From NCBI RefSeq assembly GCF_006345805.1, contig NC_042999.1, positions 116,870,001 to 116,934,000 of the forward strand: DNA of 64,000 bases, given 5' to 3'. The notes under the pieces were generated by a model. The model was not told where the DNA came from. It saw nothing but the letters and a program-made list of their open reading frames with translations, and searched no databases. The translations under genes and the position numbers were made by a program. This stretch comes from Octopus sinensis. Its lineage: Eukaryota. This document shows positions 51,057 through 63,796 of this stretch, in pieces (position 1 is the stretch's first letter; each line of letters starts with the position of its first letter).

Positions 51057-52782
51057 TATTCCCCATAGGTAGTATAGAAATCTTAATATTTGTCTACTTC
51101 AGTAAGGTGACGAGCTGGCAGAAACATAAGCACACTGGGCGAAATGCTTAGTGGTATTTCATCTGCCCTTACGTTCTGAGTTCAAATTCCACTGAGGTTG
51201 ACTTTGCCTTTTATCCTTTTGGGGTCAATAAATTAAGTACCAGTTACGCACTGGGCTGATGTAATCGACTTAATCCGTTTGTCTGCCCTTGTTTGTCCCC
51301 TCTATGTTTAGCCCCTTGTGGGCAATAAAAAGATAAGAAACGTTAGCACACCAGGCAAAATCCTTAGCATTATTTCGTCTTTATGATCTGAGTTCAAATT
51401 CTTCCAAGGTCGACTTTGTCTTCATCCTTTCGGAGTTGATAAATTAAGTACCAGTTGCGTACTGGGATCGATCTAATCGACTGCCCCCCCCCCCCAATTT
51501 TGGGCCTTCCCAAAAATTTTGGGCCTTGTGCCTAGAGTAGAAAAGAATATTTGCAGTCTTGCAAGTTACTTGGCAATCTCACTAGTGCTGGTGGCAAACA
51601 AAACAAAAAAAAAGAAAAAAGAAAGCACCTAATACACACAATAAAGTGATTGGCATTAGAAAAGACATCCAACCATAGAAACCATACCAGAGCTGACATG
51701 GAACATGATGCTGCTCTGAGGTTCACTGGATCCAGTAGAACCACACATCCCATTTCATCATAAAATGGATGCTAAACGATGGTGGTGGTGGTGGTGGTGG
51801 TTGTGGTGGTGGTGGCGGTGGTGGTCGTGGTGGTCGTGGTCGTGGCTGTAGTGATGATGATGATGATGTAGTTATCAGTAATATACTGGAGATTTAATGC
51901 AATATGCAAATAATATTCAACAAAACAGGTATTTTCAATCTTCCACTGCTGATCTGGTTCCTTTTGGGTTATGCAAAATAATTATTTCTTCCTTGGGATT
52001 GAGATTATATTCTGTGGAGAATAAAATAGAATTTGTTCCATTTTACTTTAGGTCAATTCTGATGTTTATTATCTTTCCTGGTTTCCTAATGGTGGTGGTG
52101 GTGGTTGTGGTGGTGAGAGTGATGGAAGGCCACATTGGTTTAAGTTGTGGTAGTGATGATGATGACAATGAGAATAGTTATAGTGGTGGTGGTGGTCGTC
52201 GTCGTCATCGTTGTCGTTGTGGTGGTCGTGGTGGTGAGGATGATAGTTGTAATGGTGGTGGCTTAGGTTGTGGTAGCAATGTTGATAACAATGCTGATGC
52301 TGGATGACAATGATGATGGCAGTCACAGCAGAGGTGGTTTAGGTTGTGGTAGTGATGATGATGATGATGATGGAGATAGTGGGGGGATTAAATTGTGAAT
52401 ATGATGATGATGTTGGTGGAGGTAGTGGTTAGATTAGGTTGATTGTGACAGTAATAGTGATGGTAGTGGTGGTGATGACAACAATGCAATCTACAGTGGC
52501 AGTGACAGAGATGGAGATAGTAGTGTGGCTAGCCAGCTGATATGGTCTGAATGTAATTACCTACATGTAGTCAGTCTTAACAGAGCCACCCCTGCCCTCC
52601 AGCTTGTAAAAGTGTTTCCAACTTCCTCTGCTTGCAATCTACACCAGCTTGTGTGTAATAAGTATTCTGGTTGCTAAAAGCAAGTGCAACTCAGAGGAAG
52701 CCAACACCTACAGCAATATACCTGAATATGTTCTTTTAATATGTAATTATATGAACATTCTTTTACACCTTAGATAATAATA

Positions 52783-53135
52783 ATAACAAGAGCACTCAGA
52801 GAGCACAAACCTCTGCCAAGACAACACCAACGTTCTCTCAATGATTAGTCAAAGATGATTTTTAAAATAAGAATATCTGAAATAAACTCAACTGCTCTCA
52901 CAAACGAGAATACTAAAAATGAACTTGGCTGCTTTCAAAAATTAAGTAAAAAAAAACAGGAAAAATAATCCAGAATCTTTGATCAATCCCCAAATTAAGC
53001 AGTTTGTGCCAGTCACAACACTAAACATCCCTGAAAGTTTTATCCAAATCCATCCAGTGCTTCTTGAGATATGTTGTCCACAGACAAAGAAACACGGTTG
53101 GAAACAATACTTCCACCTTTGCTAAGGCGGAAATA
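52783..53135 (-). mobile_element. Probable Helentron-associated non-autonomous element (HINE/DINE-1-like)
   Basis: Reverse strand starts ttattatttccgcc.., has a gtttctttgtctgt simple tract, and ends cttggcagaggtttgtgctctctgagtgctcttgtt (sub-TIR plus small hairpin), in T-rich flanks. Confidence 0.5.
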
Positions 53136-53149
53136 ATAATAATAATAAT

Positions 53150-53448
53150 TTCTAGCAATATCTGGTGAATATGGAGGGTGGGGTAACACATCCCAGCCGA
53201 GCTGCAGCAATTTTTGTCTGGTTCCCAAAGCATCAAATGCCAAAAATGAACTTTTTTATCTTCCATTTTAAAGGGTTACAGAATTAACACAGGTTATAGG
53301 AACATAAATCTTCTTCCACGAAAAGATAGCTTAAACTGTGCTCTAAATGGAAGTATAGTCAAATCCTATTTTATGGAGACTCACCCATGTTCTAAAATAA
53401 GTCGAAAGGTAAGCTACTATAAATCGGCACAAACTTTCCAGACAACCA

Positions 53449-53450
<2 letters not shown>
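53150..53450 (-). mobile_element. Internally deleted mariner
   Basis: MEDKKVHFWHLMLWE is joined directly to RQKLLQLGWDVLPHPPYSPDIA. The terminus cttggttgtctggaaagtttgtgccgattt lies next to (TA)n. Confidence 0.85.
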
Positions 53451-53490
<40 letters not shown>

Positions 53491-53493
53491 ATA

Positions 53494-53710
53494 CGAGGTG
53501 GGTGGCTGAAAAGTTCTTGGCTTTGGGTAAAAGGAAATATAGGTGGATGAGTTACTTAAGATTTTATTCAGCATATTCCATTCTCAGACTCGCATGCGTA
53601 TTGCAGTAGCCCTTCAATTTTTCTAATCCCTGTAAAAGAAATCAGAAGGTTGGGACTCCAACCACACTTTTCATGATACCCTTAAAGTCAGGAACTTTTC
53701 AGTACCTCTT
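53494..53710 (-). mobile_element. Mariner-derived MITE
   Basis: Imperfect TIRs ctgaaaagttcttggcttt / aaagtcaggaacttttcag, with an internal C-terminal remnant WLESQPSDFFY..EYAE*. Confidence 0.7.
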
Positions 53711-53974
53711 GTGTATATATGTTCTTTTATACTTTTACTTGTTTCAGTCATTTGACTGTGGCCATGCTTTTAGTCGAACAAATCAACCCCAGGACTTATT
53801 CTTTGTAAGCCTAGTACTCATTCCATCGGTCTCCCTTGCTGAACCGCTAATGTACGGAAAATATAAACACACCAGCATCAGTTGGTGGGGGACAAACACA
53901 GACAGACAAACATACAATGTCATTATTCATTTTCATTCCAGGTGCCATTATATTAAACATTTGCAAAGAGTAAC

Positions 53975-54800
53975 CATACCATGCACAAAAAATTCAGCGG
54001 AACTGTCACATTTTCAAAGAGGTCGTATTGCTGGGCAATCTGAGGCTGGTCTTTGCCAGCGAAAAATTGCCGAAAATCTTCAAATTCCTTTTGCTACTGT
54101 AAATAGAATTATAGTGCAATTCAAAAGCCAAGGAAATAATCAACAGATTCTTGTCCCGGCTGCCTTGGCCCTTGGAAAAGAATCTTCGCTGTTTGAAGAG
54201 AATTGTGGAAAACGAACCCTGTTCAAAGGCTTCTGATATTGCAGAACAGTTAGAAGTTAGTCCAAGAACATGTGTTACATATCTGCATAAGCTTGGATAT
54301 TATGGAAGAGCCACTTGAAGAAAACCTCTCCTTCAACCAATTAATATCATGAAAAGAAAGAAATGAGGAGATGCCAGAAAATTGCAGTTCATTTTAGGTT
54401 AGAGTGATTTTCTCAGATGAACCCAGATTTGTACTATTTTCAGACATTAGATGTGTTTGGGTCTGCAGGCTTCCCAATCAAGAATTTGATTTGAAACAAC
54501 TCCAACCAACTGTGAAACATGGCAGTATCTCTGTAATGGTATGGGCAGCTGTTACCAGCAATGGTCGTTCTGAGCTGATTGAATGTGTTGGAACCATAAA
54601 CTCTGAAAAATACATCGAAATACTTAAGCAAGGACTACTTCTGATGTATTCACATAATAACATAATGAGTTTTTATGGCTCCATGCCATACAGGGAAAAG
54701 GAATCAGCAATAGCTGACTGAAAATGGGATGCAAAAGCTTACTTGGCCCAGCCAATCTCTTGACATGAACCCAATTGAAAATCTTTGGAGTATATGAGAT
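53975..54800 (+). mobile_element. Tc1 (DD34E) transposase pseudogene
   Basis: ELSHFQRGRIAG..QRKIAENLQIPFATVNRII, RKPLL, VIFSDEPRF, TVKHGSISVMVWA, WPSQSLDMNPIENLW. Confidence 0.9.
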
Positions 54801-54801
54801 A

Positions 54802-54993
54802 GACATGTCAGTAATGTTATGGATATGCCCTGCCCCTCTGGCGAATTTGATATGTCACGTAATGTTATGGGCTGGCTCTGCCCCTCTGGTGAATCTTGGA
54901 CATGTCATGTAATGTTATGGGTTGGGTCTGCCCCTGTGATGAATCTGACATGTCATGTCATGTTATGGGTTGGGTCTGCCCCTCTGGCAAATC
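54802..54993. repeat. Minisatellite, 4 x ~48 bp
   Basis: Unit approximately gacatgtcatgtaatgttatgggttgggtctgcccctctggtgaatct. Confidence 0.9.
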
Positions 54994-55372
54994 ACCAGAT
55001 AGCTTCTACTAGGGAACTATCTATATGGATAACCAGTCCTTCTACTGGGTCAACATTTGGCAGACTCTCCTTCTCCCATTCATTCTCCACATTCAGCAGT
55101 CTTTCATAATGGCTTCTCCCGGCCTCTTTCTTTTCAGAATCATTAAAAGCAAGTGCCCATCCATTCGAACACATTTCTCTCCTGTGACATCAGAATTTTC
55201 TCTCACGCACTGTCTTGCAATCCAAAATACCTCAGTTCTTTGGTCCTCATGTCACTGGACATTGGCAAACTTCTTTTCTGCTTCGCTTTTGGCTATGTAT
55301 ACCTGCCACCCAGCCTCCCTTCTGGCTACCTGGTACCGTTCCCTGCTACAGACATCCTTCCAGGCTTTCCAG
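54994..55372 (-). mobile_element. RTE-type LINE internal fragment (between EN and RT)
   Basis: HYERLLNVENEWEKESLPNVDPVEGLVIHIDSSLVEAI, with upstream EKCVR.DG. Confidence 0.65.
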
Positions 55373-57844
55373 TATATATCATCATCATCATCATCATCAT
55401 CGTTTAATATATATATTATATTTTGTGAAATTTGATTTAGTATTTCTAAATTGAATTTTTCCCTGTAAGTTTGGAATAATATTCGCTCATATATATATAA
55501 CAGGTGTGCAATTCATTTTACATTTAAAATTTGAAATGAAAATATAAAAAAGCAGACCGTGGAGTGAGAAGAGAAGTCAGTGAGTTACTGAAAAGGTTGC
55601 AAGCACCAATGGAAGGACTTTGACTAACAAATAAACAACAAATTGGTTGTTTAACCAACATATTAAGCAAATGATTGATTAGTTAGTTGGTTAGGTATTT
55701 AACCAAATTACTAATAATAAAGAAGTGGTATTGAACTTGAGCATGTGTTATTATTATTATTAGCATTATGACTTTTCCTAGACAACAAAACAAAGTTATA
55801 TGAAAAATATATGCAACAACTTCAACGGCCTCTTATCTAGGTTTCATTCTTGCAAAGATATCTATTACTCTATTATAATCCACCTTAAGTAACCAAGATT
55901 TTCAAAAAGAGCAAAGCTAATTGAGACAATCTATCATCACCCATTATAGAACAGCAGTATGACTATATGTGCTTGAGCCAGCTGAAGGACTGTTCTGCAA
56001 CTGTCTCAGTTATCAGTAAAGTTTGAAAGATGTGACAATGTGGACAGGTTAAGCAAAATGGATCATGACACTAAATTGGTGACGGATCGCTTGCTTGACA
56101 ATTGGTTTTATCTGCTACTGTTTGTGCTCATTATCTTTTTGTATATGTTTTTGAAAAAAAAGGAACTTTGCTCAATTCTAGTTTGACTGTGGATGACATC
56201 TGAGTTTTATTGATGATGTATGTGTCTGCTAAAATTTCAAATTAGTTCTCAATTATCAGCTAGGTTTTTCTTGGCAGACTTAGACATAATATAGCATATA
56301 ATAAAATGCAAAAGCAACTTAATAAACCTGTCTTCACTATATATATAATGGTTGGTAGACAACTGTAAATTCTAATCAGGTATTTTCTGAGGTAGCAGTG
56401 TTGTATGACAAATTTGTGAAGCAGTTATAATATGCCACAATAGACATATTAGTGAATAACAAGAATATATTATAATTTCATTTGAGGCAATGATACTTCA
56501 TTCATCCTTCACTTCTGGTTATCAATGAACAAGTTATGTAAATACATCCTCATTTCTCTTATATTGCACAAGATATTTCATTAACTATAGTATAAATAAT
56601 TGCATTCTACATTCATTAATTTCACATTTTAATATGTGTCATTATGGACACAGTGGGCTGGCAGAATTGTTAGCATGCCAGGCAAAATGCTTAGCAGCAT
56701 TTTGTCCATCTTTACATTTTACAAATTCTTCCAAGGTCAACATTGCTTTTTATCCTTTTGGGATTGATGAAATAAGTACCAGTTGATCACTGGGGTTGAT
56801 ATAATCGACTTAGGGCCCTCCCTTGAAATTGCTGGTCTTGTACCAAAATTTGAAATCAATATGTGTTGTTATTTCTAATATGTGCTTGTATTTGGTGGTT
56901 GTGACCATGGCTCGAAAAAGTTGAAACTCTGTGAGATCATCAGCATCAAAGAGGCTTTCATAACATCACAGTTTATTTTGGTTCCCCAGATGCCAGCAGC
57001 CACCGATTAAACACAAACAACTGAGAATACAGTTTGAAATACTGAGAGGTTGGTGAAGTAAAGAAATGTGTCCAGAAAGTTCTTTCAAGCCAACACGGTA
57101 AAGTGAAGAAAAAAATGCATCTAAAAAAATTATTTGATTCAACTTTTATCACGCAAAGGTATTAATGAATTAAAAAAAGTACCACTTTTTAATAATGCAT
57201 TCAGGAGAGTAGTTACTCTTCCTGCTTCCCTTCTAGGTACACCACTGCCTTAGAATTATTAGCATTGTTCTAATCTAAAGGAATAATATATAATAATATA
57301 TTAATAACATAGCATATGATGAATAAATTTTATATTTTGTGCACAGTGCACAAATATAACAATAATGCAATAATATAATAAATAATACAGCAGCAGCTGG
57401 TGGTTGTGGTGGTGGTTCTTTCTAACTGGCTGTGTGCCACAAATGAAAAGGAGAAATATTGTAAATTTGAACTCAATCCCAGTGTATTACTTGTACTCAT
57501 TTTAATAACTCTGAAGAGATGGAAGGCAATAATCTGTTCTGAATTGAAAGTAGCTGTAAATGCTGCAAAAGAAAGCATTTTGGCTGATACTTTATGTTAT
57601 TACTAATACCACTGCACTAGCATAATTGCAGTTTCAAGAGGTGGTTTATAGTCTGTTAAATCTGCAGTAATACTTGTACTGGTACATATTTTGCTGACCG
57701 CAGAAAGACAAAGAGTGAAGTGACCTCTGGGACATGCTTAAATAACATAAAGCAATTTGTCTAATATCTGACTGATTCTGCTGTTTCCATTTCTTCTTAC
57801 ACTCAGTGGATTTCATAAGCAAGATAATAATAATAATAATAAGC

Positions 57845-58401
57845 CGTGTGTTTACTTCATTTAAACTGAATCTTACGGCTAGACTCTTCCTAATCTTGAA
57901 ACCACTGGCACAATCTTGTACACAGTTTTGTCTTGGTATAAAAGATGAGCTACAGCAAATATTCTGCTCAATACCACAGATTTGCTTGTCAGTTGTTTAA
58001 CCTTAACCAGTTAACTATGTCCCTTAGTAGCTGACGACATGTGCGTCTCTGATCATGAGCAGAAGTAGTGGGGGAGCATCATAGCCATGTGTTGAGAGGG
58101 ATTCTTTGGGGTTTGAATAATTCACCTCTGGAAACATGAGTGTTTTGTTCAACTTCCCTAAACAACACTTATTCAGAGACCTTTTGAGCAGGATGGGTTA
58201 CTCAACGAGAAGAAAATTCTAACTGGGCCCCACCTGCAAGGTCATGTACTGTTTATCTGGATATGAGATCACCATGTCATGCACATATGGTTGTAATGCA
58301 TGTGCCTGGTGTACCCTTATCAGACGGGTAGTCATGATGGGTATATTGGGCTTCATATATACCCCAGTGTCACTTTGATGGCATGCACTGCTCTCTCACT
58401 C

Positions 58402-58402
<1 letters not shown>
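57845..58402 (+). repeat. Unclassified ~560-bp GC-richer insert between (AAT)n tracts, possibly a retroposon 3' end
   Basis: Composition shift, ends directly in (AAT)n, no ORF. Only one copy is in the window. Confidence 0.35.
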
Positions 58403-58432
<30 letters not shown>

Positions 58433-58471
58433 GTAATAATAATGATGATAATAATAATAATAATAATAATA

Positions 58472-58503
<32 letters not shown>

Positions 58504-58764
58504 CATTTATTGACCACTAGGTCTGAACACAAAAAACAAGGGACACATGGAGTTTAACATAAAAACTGAGTAAACAATAAAATAACAATGACAATTAACA
58601 AGAAAATTCCAACAACTAAAATCCCTAATAGAGGAAAGTTCCACCCAGGGCCAACCAAGGCACCCCACACATCCTAGTCCTTCTGACCACCAAGAGCACC
58701 TCAGACAGGCACCCCTCTTCCTCTCAACTGCTCTGGCTTACAAGAGAATGTTCAAAATAAAATA

Positions 58765-61282
58765 ATCCTTTCCACTAAAAGCACAAGGCCTGAAATTTTG
58801 GAGGAGGGGACTTGTCGATTACATCAACCCCAGTGTTTTACTGATACTTAATTTATCAACCCCAAAATGATTAAAAGCAAAGTCAACCTCAGCAGAATTT
58901 GAATTCAGAATGTAAAGACAGATGAAATGCCACTAAGCATTTTACCCGGCATACTAACGTTTCCACCAGCTCGCTGCCTTAATAATAATGATTTCAAATT
59001 TTGGCACAAGGCCAGCAATTTCGGGGCTGGTGAGTAAGTTGATTACATTGAACCTGGTGCTCAACTGGTATTCATTTTATTGACCCCCAAAAGGATAAAA
59101 GGCAAAGTTGACCTTGGTGAAATTTGAACTCACAACATGAAGACGGATGAAATGTTGCTAAGCATTTTTCCTGGTGTGCAAACGATTCTGCCAGCTTGCC
59201 ACCTTCTTAACCCTTTGAGCCTGTAACACCAGTTTACTGGTGGATGGTTTATTTTTCTCTATACCATAGCACCAATCTATTATACCGTAGCACCAGTGCC
59301 AGGTATATGGTCAAATAAAGTTCATAAGGTCAGAGCTCAAAAAGTTAATAATAATAATAATGGTTTCAAATTTTTGGCACAAGGCCAGCAATTCCAAGGG
59401 AGAGGTTAAGTCAGTTGTATTAAGCCCAGTACTCAGCTGGTACTTATTTCATCAACCTCATAATGATAAGAGGCAAAATCAGCCATAGCAGAATTTGAAT
59501 GCAAAGCATAAAGACAGATGAAATACCATTTTTGCCTGGTGTGCTAATGATTCTGTCAGCTCACCACTTTGATGATAATAATAACAATAATAATAATAAT
59601 CTTTTCTGCTATAGGCATAAAGCCTGGATTTTTGTTGGGAGGGGGACAGTCGATCACATGTGAATTTGAACCTAGAGCATAGCAGCAGATGAAATACTGC
59701 TAAGCATTTCACCTGGCGTGCTAACAATTCTGTCAGCTCATCATCTTGATAATAATAACAATAATGATAATAATAATAATAATAATAACAATGATGATGA
59801 TTTCTTTATTGTAATGTAAACACGGTTTACATTAAGAAAAACATTATGGACAGTACAGGACAAAAATAATAATAATAATCCCTTGTTATAGATCAAGACC
59901 TGAAATTTGGAGGGGAGAGAACTAGTCAATTACATTAACCTCAACGTTCAACAGGTACTTATTTTATTGGCCTCATAAGAATGACAAACAAAGTTGACCT
60001 CAATGACAGTTGAACATAAAGACAGATGAAATGTTGCTAAGCATTTTATTGGGCACAGTAATGATTCTGCCAGCTTGCTATTTTTAATAATAATAATCCT
60101 TTCTACTAAAGGCACAAGGCCCGAAATTTGGGGGTGGGGACTAGTCGATTACATTGGCCCCAGTACTCCACTAGTACTTAATTTATTGACCCTGAAAGGA
60201 TGACAGGCAAAGTTGACCTCGACTGAGTTTGAACTTGGAACGTAAAGATGGACGAAATGCCGCTAAGCATTTTAATTCTTTCTACTACAGGCACAAGGGC
60301 TGAAATTTGGGGGAGGGGGCTAGTCAATAAGATCAACCCTTTTTTTCGACTAGTACACATTTTATCAAACCCGAAAAAATGAAAAGGCAAAATCGGCCAC
60401 AGTGGAATTTGAACTCAGAATATGCAGACAGATAAAATGCTAAAATTGCCAAGATGGCTGAGGGTGTCTTGGCATCACTTACCATTTCTAAAATTGCCAA
60501 GAAGGCTGAGGATGTCTTGGCATCACTTACCACATTGCTAAAATTGCCAAGAAGGTTGAGAGTGTCTTGGCATCACTTACCAAGTCCTTTGTGAGCTGCT
60601 CTCTGGCTATCTATCTGAGGCTTTATACAGCTATGGTGTGGCTTCACCTGGAATTTGCATCACCGGTCTGGAACCCCTATCATGCCCAGGATATTAATCA
60701 TCTGGAAACCATTCAGCGACGTGCAACCAAGAGAATACCCTCCATCAGGCATTTGTCATATTCTGAACGCCTTACTTCCCTGGGCATGGATACATTGAAA
60801 CTCTAATGTCTGGCAGCTGACTTGGCAGACACCCATAAAATTATTAACCATCTTTCTAAAAACAACTCTGAGCACCTTTTTAAACTCCACCTGTCTAACA
60901 CCCATGGACATGTTTACAAAGTCAGAAAACAGCACAGCTCCCTTGACTTTTGGAAACACTTTTTCACACTAAAAGTTGCTGAAGTATGGAACAAACTGCC
61001 GGCATCAGTTGTTAGTTGTCGGAGCACTGCATCCTTCAAAAATTCCATGCTTCATGAGATTCGCCAACACTACACCTGATTTTCTCTCCCTCCATACACA
61101 TGCAAGCATGTATCTGACTCATACACTGTTCACTTTCCAGACATTTGTACATTACTGCATATGCTTTATATGCACTTTTGACAAGTTGTGGTGCACATGA
61201 GCACTGTATACAATAATTTCATTATTATTTTATTATTTAAGCATTTCTTCTGGCATGCTAATGATTCTACCAGCTGACCACC

Positions 61283-61317
<35 letters not shown>

Positions 61318-61445
61318 CCTTTCTACTGGAGGCACAAGGCCTCAAATTTGTTGGGTGGGGACTAGTCGATTATATTGACTCCAGTGTTTCACTGGTATTT
61401 AATTTATCAACCCCAAAAAGATGAAAGGCAAAGTCAACCCTGGCG
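58765..61445 (-). mobile_element. Co-oriented array of ~8 family A SINEs separated by (AAT)n, with a nested TTAA MITE (59207-59348) and CR1
   Basis: Repeated family A units, all on the minus strand. MITE ends: TTAAccctttgagc / gctcaaaaagTTAA. Confidence 0.87.
60440..61232 (+). mobile_element. 5'-truncated CR1 LINE inserted in a SINE, with a triplicated 5' end
   Basis: RLYTAMVWLHLEFASPVWNPY..LETIQRRATKRIP..LSYSERL..THGHVYKV..HFFTLKVAEVWNKLPASVV, 3' UTR and (ATT)n tail. Confidence 0.92.
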
Positions 61446-61799
61446 GTGGCGGCGGCAGGTGCAGCAGTGGTGGTGGTGGTGACAGTGGTGGTGGTGGTGG
61501 CAATGGTGGTGGTGGCGATAGCTGTAGTGCTAGAGGTGATAATGATGATCATACTTTCCACCTTCCATAGCTGCAAGCTCTAATACATTTATATAATAAA
61601 TGTTAAAACATGAGGGGTACACAGTATGTGGGGCTACACAAAACAAAGTTATATATAAAAACAAAGAGAGAGAAGTAATGACATTATACAATGTATGTAA
61701 TAAAAATTGATAAAGGTTACAGTCTGTAATTATATAAAGCACAATAATTAAGACCATATGATACATAATCAAAGAAAAACATTTAAGTTTACCCAACCT

Positions 61800-63100
61800 T
61801 AGAGTGGTGAGAACTTTCTTGTTAGGCTAGATCAGCACTATTCATGGCTCTTCTTACCTGCCACTTATATTGTTTCAGAGAACCATCAAAGGCGATCCTG
61901 GTGGAGACATTTCCTTAAAAAACTTCATGTCTTTTGGAGGAAAGTAGTTTGCAAGGTCATAAATTTCTTTTGTGATTTTAATCAAAAGTCTTCTGGGTGC
62001 TCCCAGTTATTATCCCCAGTCTTTTTACCTGTCCACTTTTTGATTGACTGGTTCTTTTCTAACTCAAGCAGTCCTTTGTTGTAACTTCTGAAAATTATGA
62101 ACTTGCCCTGTAGATTCTCCTATCTCCTGGTAGCTTCTGAAAGTGCTGGCTTTTTGTTTCTTTTATCATTTTTTTTCTTTTCTCCTGTAACAGTTTGCCA
62201 TTCTTTGTCAGCCTTCATTTGGTCCTCATTCTTGCAAGTGGATAGAGTGATATTGCTGAGAGGAGAAGTCTTCAGTATCATCTACTTTTGAGATCAAAGT
62301 CAATTTCAGCCATTTGTAGATGTAACTAATGATGCAGCCCCCTGTCTGTTTTACTTATCAATTATTAAAACCAAGAATGAGACTAAGTCTTTTAGCTATC
62401 CACAGCAGCCGCCATGACGTACTGTCTCTTTTTTTGTGTTTCAAACATTTTGGGTCAGAGAATTATCGTTACAGCCTCAATTATAAAAGCTGGGCTTTTT
62501 GACCATGCACTGTCAGACTCATAATTTTTTTTTTTATCTCTGTGTCCATGACACAAAGGAGCACAGCTCCAGAATGACTATAACAGTCTTGGAGTGTCAT
62601 AAACATTCAAAGTTTACGCTGACCCTTCTCAATCATATGACATTCATCTTCTCTTCTACGCTTGTCACCCAGCCACCTTATACTATAAAAGTAAAAATGA
62701 GTCCAGGTAAGTGCCAATATTAATGCCTCTGACATGTGTTACACTGGTCCATGTGAATCTATGAACAGATGTTGCACACTGTTTCTACCTAATGTTGAAA
62801 GTCAAGCAGATGATAGCAGAACTCTCTTTAATTGGTTTCCTGAGGACACAGTGAACTCCCCACTGTCTTCTTTCTGTGAAGGAAAGGTAGATCAGTTTTA
62901 TTCCTTGCTCACTTCTGAATAAGTTCACCAGACAAAGAATCAAAATTCCTCGTGACACTATTCTCTTGCAGCTTCTCTAACTAAACTTAGTCCATCTTCT
63001 GAATTTCTTGGAGGCAATTTTTGCAAAACAATTTTTTGAAATTCCCACTTGCCATTGTGGAGGAGTGTTATTGCTGTTACTGAATGCTATTTTTTTCTTC
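61800..63100 (-). pseudogene. Heavily decayed coding-like tract, possibly a LINE ORF1 (Tx1/L1-like)
   Basis: Purine-rich minus strand with fragments such as KADKEWQTVTGEKKKNDKRNKK and RLLIKITKEIYDLANYFPPKDMKFFKE, broken by stops in all frames. Confidence 0.35.
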
Positions 63101-63377
63101 TGGAAAACTCACTACCATTCTCTTTCACACAATATATTTCCCAATATAACCAAGTTTGTTCACATTATTTTACGTTGTACTCTGTAGAATTCTTTTTATT
63201 TTTATTCTATTCTCTCGTTGCCATTATTGTATGCAAAGAAAATCAGACCAAAAATGTTTGAGAGAAGTTGTTTCCCACCAACTGAAAGAGATGTAAAATA
63301 ATTAAATAAATTCTCAGCATGCTGTGTAAGTTTAGGTTACATCTCACACACACACACACACACATACACACACAATA

Positions 63378-63411
<34 letters not shown>

Positions 63412-63676
63412 CGAAACAACCAATTCCTTGGAAAAGATGGTAAACCCAAAAAGTACAGTGAGAATGAATGAAAACAGCCATTCACAGCTCAATACTACTA
63501 CTACTACTACTGCTGCCACCACTACCGCCACCACCTCCACCACTATCGCCACCACCTCCACCACTGCCACCGCCGCCACCACTACTGCTGCTGTTGACGA
63601 TGACATTGATGATGATGGTGATGACGAGGAGAAGGAGAAAGATAGAAAAATTAAGGTTTCTTACATAAGCTCAAAG

Positions 63677-63796
<120 letters not shown>

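Noticed and set aside
54802-54993. CRISPR-like array (also 60440-60582)
   Set aside because: These are contiguous tandem units with no unique spacers and no cas genes, in a eukaryotic context.
56928-56952. bantam-like start tgagatcat
   Set aside because: The rest of the sequence does not match and there is no complementary arm.
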